Shown in pieces: positions 18,601 to 26,725 of a stretch of 64,000 nucleotides of DNA; position 1 is the stretch's first letter; the number at the start of each line of letters is the position of its first letter. Under the pieces are notes generated by a model. The model had not been told where the DNA came from. It saw nothing but the letters and a program-made list of their open reading frames with translations, and made no database searches. The DNA lies in NCBI GenBank assembly GCA_965204155.1, contig OZ241971.1, forward strand, positions 128,100 through 192,099, written 5' to 3'. The stretch is from Candidatus Rariloculaceae bacterium. Its GTDB lineage: Bacteria; Pseudomonadota; Gammaproteobacteria; Steroidobacterales; Rariloculaceae. The translations under genes and the position numbers were made by a program.

Positions 18601-18930
18601 TTCTTCCAGACGAAACTCGCTGCCGATGATGAGTTTCAGGGGCAACTCCTTCGCCGCCGTATGGGCCCGCACCACGCCGGCCAGGGAGCACTCGTCGGTC
18701 AGCGCCAGGGCCGCATAGCCCAGTTCGGCGGCCCGTTCCACCTGTTCGCGGGGATGGGACGCCCCGCGGAGAAAGGTGAAATTGCTCAGGCAGTGCAGTT
18801 CCGCATAACCGGGGGACTGCGCCGGGCCGGCGACCGCCGTGGAATCGGCAGTCGCCGCGACGGACCGGCGAGAGGTGCCGGCACCCGCATATCCTCGCGA
18901 TATGCGGGCCGGCTCAACCGAAGATTCCAT
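15682..18930 (-). CDS. dnaE2: Error-prone DNA polymerase III alpha-like subunit DnaE2 (ImuC)
   Basis: PHP-domain N-terminus YAELHCLSNFTFLRGAS and a polymerase core conserved throughout. Last gene of the lexA-imuA-imuB cassette. The start (ATG 18930, overlapping the imuB stop by 17 nt) is uncertain. Confidence 0.9.
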   Translation of the reverse strand: MESSVEPARISRGYAGAGTSRRSVAATADSTAVAGPAQSPGYAELHCLSNFTFLRGASHPREQVERAAELGYAALALTDECSLAGVVRAHTAAKELPLKLIIGSEFRLEEGIGTVVLAPDLAAYGTLSALISHARRAAEKGAYCLTREDFEHYLAPSECLILWLPGASPGTAAVLREGAWLKERFSRRLWLAAELLMTGRDRTLLTRWRHVAARLGLPMLASGNVHMHCRERRRLQDTLTAIRLGQPLRKMGFGLYSNGERYLRPIGELARIYPGRLLKETLAVAERIDFSLDELRYEYPRELVPEGATPASHLRDLTEEGMRWRWPDGAPAKVRELVEYELKLIGELRYEAYFLTVHDIVRFARGRGILCQGRGSAANSAVCYCLGITEVDPARMEMLMERFISKERNEPPDIDVDFEHQRREEVIQYIYRKYSRERAALAATVISYRTRSAVRDVGKALGMEEAQVGVLARSVQWWDGTQVAAQQIVEAGFDPQAPVIRRLAGLVRELVGFPRHLSQHVGGFVISQGLLSRLVPIENAAMKDRTVIQWDKDDLEDLGLLKVDVLGLGMLSAIRRSFELIRGFYGREYTMASLPAEDPAVYDMICEAGTVGVFQIESRAQMAMLPRLRPRCYYDLVIEVAIVRPGPIQGDMVHPYLRRRNGEDPVSYPSPEIEQVLERTLGVPIFQEQVMQIAMVAAGFTAGEADRLRRAMAAWKRRGGLEGFESLLKAGMAERGYSPEFAERIFNQIKGFGDYGFPESHAASFALLAYVSAWLKCHEPAVFFCALLNSQPMGFYAPAQLVRCAREHGVEVRPVDVNCSDWESTLERDATGRPVLRLGLNRVKGLAEHAAERLVNARSGNVRHSDARSGDFQPGNAFGSVPELAERAQLGNHELDVLAGAGALESLARNRHRAHWDAAGVEKPTPLLGQPRIAEGIPMLKAPTEGQEVLADYQHLGLSLRRHPLALLRDRLTSVGLQPAGEVLQSPNGAAVHAAGLVITRQRPSSASGVIFVTIEDETGYLNLVVWERVAERQRQVLLGATLLGVHGEVQREGAVVHIVARQLSDHSGLLGELPTQSRDFR

Positions 18931-20314
18931 GCAGGTACCAATCGCCGCGGCCGGAGCAGCGGTCCCGAAACACCCACAGCCGCCTGCCCCGGCTGCTGCG
19001 GGCGACGTAGTAGTCCCGGCTGGTATCGAGCCCCTCCCACCAGCCGGCTTCAATCCGCTCCGGGCCGGACTCCAGCCGCAAACGCCCCCGCCCGCCATCG
19101 GCGGCCGCGACGCTGACCGGCGCGGACAGCAGCCACAGAGGCCGTTGCGGGCATCCGGGAACCGTCGCCTGACGGGCCGCCGGGCGCCGCCCGGCCGAAA
19201 GGCCGCCTCGGGTATCCGGGACCCTCCCCGCAGCCGCGGGCCCGGACCGCAAATCCTTCACCTTGCTCCAGGCCGCTTCGGGCCGATGATCCTCAGCCAG
19301 CCCGAGGCCATGGATATCCTCCGCGCTGAATCGCACCCGCAAGCGCGCGATCAACTCACCCAGGGTGGTCTTCGGGGGAATCTCCGGGCAAGCCGGAAAC
19401 AACGTCGAATTCAATCCCTTCATGGGAGCGATCTTTCCCGTCCTCAGGCTCAGCGCGGTGACCGGGGCGGGCAGCGAGAGGGTTTCCAGCCGGCTCAGGA
19501 AAAGATCGGCGATCTTCCGCGGCTCATGGGTCGGTACAACCTGGCCGATACGCACCACCGTTGCCGGCCGGTGCAAGTGATGGAAGCCGTACCGGCAGCT
19601 TTCGATCTGTGCCTGATGCCTGTGGAGCGCTTCGGCCAGCCGAAGAATGAGTTTCCCCCCCGCCTCGGCGATGACCTGCGGCTCTGCCACCTCTTCCTGA
19701 AATTCCACGACGGAACTGAAACGCCGGTCCGGGCAAAACGCGGCCCTGAGATCCTGCTGCCGGCCCAGGGATCGGTCGAGATCGTCCAGGCAGCGCTGCC
19801 CCGTTCGCCGAACCAAGCCATCGCGGGGCAGCCGCAGGCAATCGCCCACCGTCCTCATGCCCATCTTTTTCAACAGCCGCCGAGTGGCTTGCGGCCATCC
19901 CGTCACGCGCAGCGGCAATGTACCCAGACGGCCGGACAATTGTTCTGCCGACAGCACATCCTCCCGGCCATCGCGAGCCAGCCAAAGCGCAGCCAGGGCC
20001 GTGGGCGCCGTGCAGAGGTGAGCCGTCAGCCGGCGCCGGCCCAGTTCCCTGTCGAGTGCCTTCCCGATCGAATCGAGGCCCCCCCACAACTTGAGGCTCC
20101 CGCCAACTTCCATGACCAGGGCCTCGGGCGGCTCCAGGCTCACCAGCGGCGTGATTCTCCGCATCCAATACGCCAGGGAGACGAGTTCCCGATCCTCGAC
20201 TTCCGGCAGGTGAACCGCGATCCATAACCGTTTCGCCCGCGGCCTCGGCGAAAGCACGGGTTGCCGGGGTGGGGAAGTCTCCCCGGAACAAGGGGCTCTG
20301 AGCGGCTGGGCCAT
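18914..20314 (-). CDS. imuB: ImuB, Y-family DNA-polymerase-like protein
   Basis: N-terminus LWIAVHLPE...LEPPEALVMEVGGSLKLWGG is typical of ImuB. Sits between imuA and dnaE2, 6 nt after the imuA stop. Confidence 0.85.
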   Translation of the reverse strand: MAQPLRAPCSGETSPPRQPVLSPRPRAKRLWIAVHLPEVEDRELVSLAYWMRRITPLVSLEPPEALVMEVGGSLKLWGGLDSIGKALDRELGRRRLTAHLCTAPTALAALWLARDGREDVLSAEQLSGRLGTLPLRVTGWPQATRRLLKKMGMRTVGDCLRLPRDGLVRRTGQRCLDDLDRSLGRQQDLRAAFCPDRRFSSVVEFQEEVAEPQVIAEAGGKLILRLAEALHRHQAQIESCRYGFHHLHRPATVVRIGQVVPTHEPRKIADLFLSRLETLSLPAPVTALSLRTGKIAPMKGLNSTLFPACPEIPPKTTLGELIARLRVRFSAEDIHGLGLAEDHRPEAAWSKVKDLRSGPAAAGRVPDTRGGLSAGRRPAARQATVPGCPQRPLWLLSAPVSVAAADGGRGRLRLESGPERIEAGWWEGLDTSRDYYVARSSRGRRLWVFRDRCSGRGDWYLHGIFG

Positions 20315-20320
20315 GGCGAG

Positions 20321-21088
20321 CTACAAGTCCGGGACATCCCGATGCGGGCCGGCAGTGCGCCTGCCGTGCTCCATATCGCCTGGATGCCGGTCTTCGAAAC
20401 GGATCGAAACCGTGCCGGGGCGCCCGCCGCGGCACTTGAGTATCTCGATTCGGGTCTGCCCGCCGATGGCCGTGAGGCGCATCCTCAACACCGCGGGCGA
20501 TCGCTGGTGCGAGGCATCCGGCGGCCGAAACAACACCGCCCAGCACTGCCCTGCTTCGGCGGCCAGTTGCAGCCTTCTCAGCGGGACCTGGTCCACGGAG
20601 CGCGCCCAGGCCAGAACGGCCGCACAGGAACCGAAGCGCAGAGCCTGCTCCATGGCCCACAGGACGTCCCGATTCCCCCGGGCACCGGTGCGATCGCGCA
20701 CGACGAGCACCCGGTCCAGGTCGATCCCCTGGCTGTGCAGGGCCGGTGCATAGGGGATATGGGGCGGTGCGACCCAGACGATGCAGCCTGTGCCGCCACC
20801 CTCCCCCAGGCGCGCCAGAGCGGGCATCAACAGGCTGAGTTCGCCGATGCCGCAATGTTCCGTCAGGATCTCGGTCAGCCCTGTGGCCGGCCAGCCGCCG
20901 CCCGGCAAGTGGCGGTCCAGGGCCTCGAAGCCGGTGGGGCAGGTTCTCCAGGAAGCACTGTTCTCCCTCGCCCGCCAGACGAGGGGGTGATCGATGGGTT
21001 GTCCGACACGCTCCCGACCCCCGGGGTCAGCAGTGCTTTGCGCACGCGCCGTCGCGACGAACCTCGGTGAAGCACCCGGGCCGGTCAC
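20321..21088 (-). CDS. imuA: ImuA, RecA/SulA-like SOS mutagenesis protein
   Basis: FEALDRHLPGGGWPATGLTEIL...GIGELSLLMPALARL is typical of ImuA. The start is proposed at GTG 21088, 5 nt after GAAGGAG and 19 nt after the lexA stop. The ORF-track start at 21229 would overlap lexA by 122 nt. Confidence 0.75.
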   Translation of the reverse strand: MTGPGASPRFVATARAQSTADPGGRERVGQPIDHPLVWRARENSASWRTCPTGFEALDRHLPGGGWPATGLTEILTEHCGIGELSLLMPALARLGEGGGTGCIVWVAPPHIPYAPALHSQGIDLDRVLVVRDRTGARGNRDVLWAMEQALRFGSCAAVLAWARSVDQVPLRRLQLAAEAGQCWAVLFRPPDASHQRSPAVLRMRLTAIGGQTRIEILKCRGGRPGTVSIRFEDRHPGDMEHGRRTAGPHRDVPDL

Positions 21089-21107
21089 CAGTGCTCCTTC
21101 AACCGAC

Positions 21108-21716
21108 TCAAACGGTATTGCGCATGACCCCGACCACGATGCCCTCGATGGCCATGTCCTGGGTCCTGAGATCCACCCGGATCGGATCGAAATCCGGGTT
21201 CTCCGGCATGAGCCACACCCGGTGTCCATCCTGTCGATAGCGTTTCACGGTGACTTCGTCTTCCAGGCGGGCCACCACGATTTGCCCGTTCCTGATATCC
21301 ACCGAACGCCGCACCGCCACGAAGTCGCCGTCCAGGATGCCCGCATCCCGCATGCTCATGCCGTGTATCCGGAGCAGGAAGTGGGGTTCCGACCTGAAAA
21401 AGGCCGGATCGATCCGGTAGCGGGCCTCGATATGCTCCTCGGCCAGCATGGGCGCGCCGGCCGCAACCCGGCCTACCATGGGCAGCCCCATTTGCCCGGG
21501 CAGGGGGTCCCGCAAGCGAATTCCCCGGGAAATACCCGGCAACAGTTCGATGACCCCCTTGCGCTCCAGGGCCCGCAAGTGTTCCTCGGCCGCATTCACC
21601 GAACGGAAGCCCAGTTCCCGGGCAATTTCCGCACGCGTGGGCGGCATATTCGATTCAGAGATAACTCTTTGAATCAAAGAGAGAATTTCCTTTTGTCGCG
21701 CAGTCAGTCCGTGCAT
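21108..21716 (-). CDS. lexA: LexA SOS repressor
   Basis: [15 protein letters not shown]...MPPTRAEIA winged-helix N-terminus, VAAG cleavage site, and the GMSM (Ser) and TVKR (Lys) catalytic dyad. The start at 21716 matches canonical LexA N-termini. Confidence 0.9.
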   Translation of the reverse strand: MHGLTARQKEILSLIQRVISESNMPPTRAEIARELGFRSVNAAEEHLRALERKGVIELLPGISRGIRLRDPLPGQMGLPMVGRVAAGAPMLAEEHIEARYRIDPAFFRSEPHFLLRIHGMSMRDAGILDGDFVAVRRSVDIRNGQIVVARLEDEVTVKRYRQDGHRVWLMPENPDFDPIRVDLRTQDMAIEGIVVGVMRNTV

Positions 21717-21724
21717 GATAATCA

Positions 21725-21759
21725 CTGTATATAAGCACACTGACTGGTATTGTATACAG
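21725..21759 (-). promoter_or_regulatory. Two tandem SOS (LexA) boxes upstream of lexA
   Basis: Plus-strand CTGTATATAAGCACAC (21725-21740) and CTGGTATTGTATACAG (21744-21759). Each is one mismatch from the gammaproteobacterial CTGT-N8-ACAG consensus, and both begin within 45 nt of the lexA ATG. Confidence 0.7.
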
Positions 21760-21871
21760 TGATACGGAAAAATCAAACCCGCGCAAATACGTACCTATAA
21801 CCCGATTGCAATCAAACGTGCTTTGGGAAATAATGCGACGGTCTTTTCAATGTTCACTCAGGGGATAGTCT

Positions 21872-22171
21872 ATGGGCAGAAAACTCCAGCTTGGCGCGCT
21901 TTTGGCCGTCTTGACATTAGCCGGCGGATGCACGCCAGCGTATTACGCATTGGAGGCGCAGTTAGCCGAGATTCGTGCGGTCGCCGAAGCTGCGCAGTCC
22001 GCAGCGGAACAAGCAGCAGCCAGTCAGCCAGATAGTGGGGCCGAGCAGGCAGCGGCACAAGCTCAGGCTGCGGCAAACGAAGCACTTGCGGCTGCCAGTG
22101 CCGCTCAGGCCGGCATCGATGCCACCAACGAGCGCATGGACCGCATGTTCGAGGAAGCGCAAGCCAAATAA
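21872..22171 (+). CDS. lpp: Lpp/OprI-family alanine-zipper outer-membrane lipoprotein
   Basis: Lipobox LAGGC, an Ala/Gln-rich helical body, and a C-terminus NERMDRMFEEAQAK ending in Lys, resembling Pseudomonas OprI (...NERALRMLEKASRK). Confidence 0.8.
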   Translation: MGRKLQLGALLAVLTLAGGCTPAYYALEAQLAEIRAVAEAAQSAAEQAAASQPDSGAEQAAAQAQAAANEALAAASAAQAGIDATNERMDRMFEEAQAK

Positions 22172-22178
22172 CTCATTG

Positions 22179-22202
22179 GGCCGGCCATGACCGTGGCCGG
22201 CC
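22179..22202. terminator. GC-rich hairpin between the convergent lpp and ldt genes
   Basis: GGCCGGCCA-tgaccg-TGGCCGGCC forms a 9-bp perfect stem, 8 nt after the lpp stop. There is no clear U-tract on either strand. Confidence 0.4.
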
Positions 22203-22240
22203 ACAATCTGGCTTGGCCAGAACGCTTGTACGGGGCGCGC

Positions 22241-23182
22241 TTACTCCGGATTTCGATCTGCGACGCTGACCGGCGACACGAATTCCGGAATGCCCCGTGA
22301 TCTCTCTACGGCGAGTTCCGCAAGCTCCCAGTCAAAGCTTGCATCTTGCCCTTCTTCCGTAGCCGCGACGAAAGCGCGGGTCAACTGGGTCATCGCCCAG
22401 GCATCATCCACCCTTTCCTCCTCCAACGGCGGATGGGCCTCAAGATAGAAGCCGTTTTCACTCCACGCCAGCTTGTAGGGCTGATTGACGATATGCACGG
22501 GTGTGCCGATGGGCACGGTCCCGAACAGCCCCTCAATGTCTTCCGGAAACATGCGAATGCACCCGTGCGTCACCCGCATGCCCAGCCCCGACGGCCTGTT
22601 CGTTCCGTGAATCAGGTAACCCGGGATGCTGAGCCGCATCGCATGATCGCCCAGCGGATTGTCGGGCCCCGGAGGCACGACACGGGGCAGGAAATCGCCC
22701 GCCTCCGCGTGCTCCTGGCGAATGGACTCCGGCGGATACCAGGCCGGATTCTCGGCCTTGGCAATGATCTCGGCGCGCCCCAAGGGCGTTTGCCATTCCT
22801 GGCGTCCGATGCTGACCGGATGGGTAATGACACGGTCGGGATCATCCGCCGGGTAATAGTAGAGCCGCAGTTCCGGCAGGTTGATCACCACACCCTGGCG
22901 GGGGGCGCCGGGAAGCACGAACTGGGTCGGCAGGACGATCTGCGTGCCCTCACCGGGCAACCATGGATCGACGTCCGGATTGGCCTGCTTCATTTCCTCG
23001 AAGCCGAGGTTGTACCGCCTGGCCAGCTTGACGAAGGTATCCTCATACTTCGCAGTGATGATCTGCGTCGTACCGACCAGGTTGCTTTCGGCGTCGAGCG
23101 CCAATTCCAGCGCGCCCGATCCGGCGAACGGAATCAAAACCAGCAACAGCAGGCTAGTGGTCTTCCTCATCTGGGACCTCAT
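22241..23182 (-). CDS. L,D-transpeptidase (YkuD domain) with an N-terminal LysM domain
   Basis: Signal peptide, LysM-like segment (YEDTFVKLARRYNLGFEEMKQANP) and YkuD catalytic motif HGTNRPSGLGMRVTHGCIRM. Confidence 0.85.
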   Translation of the reverse strand: MRSQMRKTTSLLLLVLIPFAGSGALELALDAESNLVGTTQIITAKYEDTFVKLARRYNLGFEEMKQANPDVDPWLPGEGTQIVLPTQFVLPGAPRQGVVINLPELRLYYYPADDPDRVITHPVSIGRQEWQTPLGRAEIIAKAENPAWYPPESIRQEHAEAGDFLPRVVPPGPDNPLGDHAMRLSIPGYLIHGTNRPSGLGMRVTHGCIRMFPEDIEGLFGTVPIGTPVHIVNQPYKLAWSENGFYLEAHPPLEEERVDDAWAMTQLTRAFVAATEEGQDASFDWELAELAVERSRGIPEFVSPVSVADRNPE

Positions 23183-23224
23183 TATAACTGAATATGTGAA
23201 TTGGTATGGGCTGAACCCGGGAAT

Positions 23225-24178
23225 TCAATACCTGACCAGCGAGGCGCCCCAGGTGAAACCGCCGCCGAAGGCTTCCATTAGAACCAAGTCCCCCGGCTGA
23301 ATCCGCCCGTCGCGCACCGCCGTATCGAATGCCAGCGGGATGGATGCCGCCGACGTGTTGCCATGATCCCTGACCGTCAGCACCACCCGTTCCATGGGCA
23401 ATCCAAGGCGTCTGGCGGTAGCAGTGATAATGCGCAGGTTTGCCTGGTGCGGGACAAACCAGTCGATCTGGCCCTGCTCAAGTCCATTGTCGGCAAGGAC
23501 ACGGTCCACCATTCGCCCCAGCGTGCGGACGGCCACCTTGAAAACTTCGTTGCCCTTCATGACCAGGGCGGCCGACCCCTCTTCCTTGACTCTGGAAACA
23601 CCGGAATCGGCATAGAGCAGGTTTCGATAACGGCCGTCGGCGCCCAGGTCGGTATAAAGAATGCCGGCTTCTTCGGAGGCTTCAAGCACCACGGCGCCGG
23701 CGCCATCGCCGAACAACACGCAGGTTTCCCGGTCGGTCCAGTCGATGATCCGCGACATGACCTCTGCACCGCACACCAGCGCGCGGCTGGCCTGTCCCGC
23801 GCGAATGAACTTGTCCGCCACGCTCAACGAGTAGATGAATCCGCTGCAGGCGGCCTCGATGCTGAAGGCGGTTCCGGACATCCCCATGCGCTCCTGGAGC
23901 AGACAGGCGACATTGGGAAACACCAGGTCCGGCGTACATGTCCCCACCACCACGAGATCGATATCGGCCGGCGTCATTCCCGCGGCATCAAGCGCCGCCC
24001 GGCAGGCCTGTTCCGACAAGTCGCTGGTAGCCTGATCGTCTGCTGCCAGGTGTCTGCGCTCGATACCGGTGCGTGTCCGAATCCACTCGTCGGTGGTATC
24101 GATCATCTTCTCCAGATCGAAGTTTGTCAGCACCCTTTCGGGCAGATACGCCCCCGTTCCGGCTATGCGCGAGTACAT
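23225..24178 (-). CDS. fabH: Beta-ketoacyl-ACP synthase III
   Basis: Full-length 317 aa, active-site Cys context EAACSGF, and the HQAN and GNTSAAS motifs. Confidence 0.9.
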   Translation of the reverse strand: MYSRIAGTGAYLPERVLTNFDLEKMIDTTDEWIRTRTGIERRHLAADDQATSDLSEQACRAALDAAGMTPADIDLVVVGTCTPDLVFPNVACLLQERMGMSGTAFSIEAACSGFIYSLSVADKFIRAGQASRALVCGAEVMSRIIDWTDRETCVLFGDGAGAVVLEASEEAGILYTDLGADGRYRNLLYADSGVSRVKEEGSAALVMKGNEVFKVAVRTLGRMVDRVLADNGLEQGQIDWFVPHQANLRIITATARRLGLPMERVVLTVRDHGNTSAASIPLAFDTAVRDGRIQPGDLVLMEAFGGGFTWGASLVRY

Positions 24179-25182
24179 TGTTCTTCCATGAGATTGGCGA
24201 TCTGCACCGGAACTCCGTTGCGTGCTTCCGTTATTGCCCTGTTCACGGCAGTTTCGAACGCGATCTCGTCGGCGCCGCCGTGGCTCTTGATGACGATACC
24301 GTTCAACCCCACCAGGCTTGCGCCATTGTAACGGCGCGAATCCAGGCGTTCGCGCACCGCGTGCAGGGCCGTACTCGCAGCGACGCCCTGAACCTGGCGA
24401 AGCGGATTACGCCTGAACTCGTCGCTGAGGATCGTGGCGATAAAGCCGGCCACCCCTTCCATGGTCTTCAACGCGACATTGCCCACGAATCCGTCGCACA
24501 CCACCACATCCGCCTTGCCGTTGAAGATGCCGTCACCCTCGATATAGCCCACGTAGTTGAGGTTACTGTGGCTCAACAGCTCCGCGGCCTCGCGTACGAG
24601 ATCGTCGCCCTTGATGTCCTCGAGCCCGATGTTGAGCAGCGCAACCCGCGCAGCCCGGATATCGAGCATGCCTTCCGCAACAACGGTACCCATGATCGCA
24701 AACTGCAGCAGGTGCTGAGCCGTACAACCGATGTTGGCGCCCAGATCCAGCATGAAGGTATAGCCGCCCATGCCCGGCACGGCAGAGATGATGGCGGGCC
24801 GGTCAACGCCGGGCAGCGTCTTGAGAACGTAGCGGGCGGTCGCCATCAACGCACCGGTATTCCCCGAGCTGACGCAGGCATCCGCTTCACCCTTCCGCAC
24901 TGCCTCGATGGCGAGACGCATGGAAGAATTCTTCTTCCTGCGCAGCGCGTCCGCAGGCGCCTCGTCCATTCCGACAACTTCGGTTGCCTCCAGGAACCGG
25001 AGCCGGCCGCCATAACGGTCGCCCCCTGCCCTTCTCGCGTGCTCCAGAGTATCCGGTAGACCGACCAGCAGAAAATCGGCCGAGTCGTCCGCCTCAAGCA
25101 CCGACAGCGCGGCCGGCACGACGGCGTCCGGACCGCGGTCGCCGCTCATGGCGTCAAGCGCTATCGTTACCTTGGTCGACAT
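24163..25182 (-). CDS. plsX: Phosphate acyltransferase PlsX
   Basis: IALDAMSGDRGP N-terminus and typical length. Sits in the rpmF-plsX-fabH order. Confidence 0.9.
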   Translation of the reverse strand: MSTKVTIALDAMSGDRGPDAVVPAALSVLEADDSADFLLVGLPDTLEHARRAGGDRYGGRLRFLEATEVVGMDEAPADALRRKKNSSMRLAIEAVRKGEADACVSSGNTGALMATARYVLKTLPGVDRPAIISAVPGMGGYTFMLDLGANIGCTAQHLLQFAIMGTVVAEGMLDIRAARVALLNIGLEDIKGDDLVREAAELLSHSNLNYVGYIEGDGIFNGKADVVVCDGFVGNVALKTMEGVAGFIATILSDEFRRNPLRQVQGVAASTALHAVRERLDSRRYNGASLVGLNGIVIKSHGGADEIAFETAVNRAITEARNGVPVQIANLMEEQCTRA

Positions 25183-25327
25183 TCATCCACTACCGGAGAT
25201 GTGGAAGCGCCAGGAGTCGGGTATCGCGTCGGCCACCGGGTCGCACCCTGTAACAGCAATCGGCTCGGCGCGCAGGCCGGACAACGGTTAACGGGCCAAG
25301 CCAGGTACGGGCCTCCGGAACACGGCG

Positions 25328-25522
25328 CTATTCTTCCTGCACTTCGGGCTCGGGCACGTCCACGCGTTTGTGGCCTCGATAGAATCCCTCCGCGGTGACA
25401 TGGTGCCGCTTGTGCAATTCACCCGAGGTGGGATCGATCGCCAGCGCGGCACCCTTCAACGCGTCATGGGACCGTCGCATGTCCCGTCTCGATCGGGTCT
25501 TTCGTCGTTGCTGAACAGCCAT
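25328..25522 (-). CDS. rpmF: 50S ribosomal protein L32
   Basis: [22 protein letters not shown] is the canonical L32 N-terminus. Confidence 0.95.
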   Translation of the reverse strand: MAVQQRRKTRSRRDMRRSHDALKGAALAIDPTSGELHKRHHVTAEGFYRGHKRVDVPEPEVQEE

Positions 25523-25535
25523 TACTCAGTTCTCC

Positions 25536-26048
25536 TCAGTGCTTTGCAAGCGGGGTAGTCGTTGAATCCTTGTCGCTCTCGTCTTCGGGCGGCTCGAGGC
25601 TCCGAACCAGCGCGCCACACTGCTCGAGGCGGGCATGCCGCGGGATCAGGGGCAGCGACATGATGAGTTCGTCCTCCACGAATCCAGCCGGCTGGAACCG
25701 GTCGCCGGCAAGTTCGACGGGCTCGTGGTCCTCCGGGATGCCCGCCGGTATCGAATCGCCTCCAACAATCACGAATGAAGCCCCGCGGGAAACCCGCTCC
25801 TCCATCGGTTCCAGGCAACGCTGGCACTGGAGAATGAAGCTTGCGTCGTATTCTAACCGCACGGTGGTATATCCTGCTGTCCGTTGGCCAAATCCGAGTC
25901 CAACTCGTACACTTCCATGCTCCGAGTGCAATAGCTCGCGAAACCGTGTCAATCGCTCGAATTCGATTTCGCCGGCAATCCGAGCCTGGCGTTGACCGAG
26001 TGATTCGAGGGCATTCAAGCTGTACCAAGCGTACAACGAGAGAGGCAT
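25536..26048 (-). CDS. yceD: YceD (DUF177) large-subunit rRNA accumulation protein
   Basis: CQRCLEPM metal-binding-type motif, an acidic C-terminus, and a conserved position directly upstream of rpmF. Confidence 0.85.
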   Translation of the reverse strand: MPLSLYAWYSLNALESLGQRQARIAGEIEFERLTRFRELLHSEHGSVRVGLGFGQRTAGYTTVRLEYDASFILQCQRCLEPMEERVSRGASFVIVGGDSIPAGIPEDHEPVELAGDRFQPAGFVEDELIMSLPLIPRHARLEQCGALVRSLEPPEDESDKDSTTTPLAKH

Positions 26049-26107
26049 AAGCGATTAATGATAGGTAGGCGATTTTCGACTGTCAAAAGCAGGCGAGTAA
26101 CATCCTG

Positions 26108-26725
26108 ATGCCGCGCCTGATCCTCGGGTCCAGTTCGGTGCACCGGAGCCATCTCCTCGGCCGCCTGCACCTGGAATTCGACATCCTCTCCCCCGACGTG
26201 GACGAATCCGCCCTTCCGGGCGAACATGCCCGCGATCTGGCCATCCGGCTCGCCGGGGCCAAGATCGACCGGATCTGCCGATCCGCCGATGTCGCCGATG
26301 CGGTCGTCATCGGCGCAGACCAGACGGCTGCGGCCAACGGGCGGCTGCTCAGGAAGCCCGGCGACCGCAGCACGGCCGTGCGCCAACTCATGGACTGTGC
26401 AGGCAAGACCGTCTCCTTCCATACCGCCTGCGTGGTCCTGGACGGGCCTACGGGCCGCCGCTTCGAAGGCATCGACAGGACCCGCGTGCGGTTTCTGCAC
26501 CTCGAGCGCCCGCGGGTCGAGCGCTACGTGGAGATCGAGCGTCCCTACTCCTGTACCGGCGGATTCCAGGCCGAGGGTCTCGGGATCACGCTTTTCGAAT
26601 CCATCGAATCGACCGATCCCACCGCACTTCTGGGACTGCCCCTGGTCTGGCTCTGCGGCGTGCTCAGGGAGACCGGTCTCGATCCGCTGGGGCCGGACCG
26701 GGCCGTTCCAGCAAGCCCAGGATAG
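26108..26725 (+). CDS. Maf-like nucleoside triphosphate pyrophosphatase (YceF-type)
   Basis: LILGSSS..R..LL N-terminus, IGADQ, and YSCTGGFQAEGLG motifs. Confidence 0.85.
   Translation: MPRLILGSSSVHRSHLLGRLHLEFDILSPDVDESALPGEHARDLAIRLAGAKIDRICRSADVADAVVIGADQTAAANGRLLRKPGDRSTAVRQLMDCAGKTVSFHTACVVLDGPTGRRFEGIDRTRVRFLHLERPRVERYVEIERPYSCTGGFQAEGLGITLFESIESTDPTALLGLPLVWLCGVLRETGLDPLGPDRAVPASPG

Noticed and set aside
15409-19116. 1235-aa plus-strand ORF
   Set aside because: It is antisense to dnaE2, whose product is conserved end to end. It has a low-complexity Arg/Pro/Gly composition, so it is an artefact of GC-rich codon bias.
21717-21776. Upstream ATG (21776) as the lexA start
   Set aside because: It would add 20 residues ([20 protein letters not shown]) translated from the SOS-box palindrome itself. 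LexA proteins start M-x-x-LT-x-RQ, which matches the ATG at 21716.
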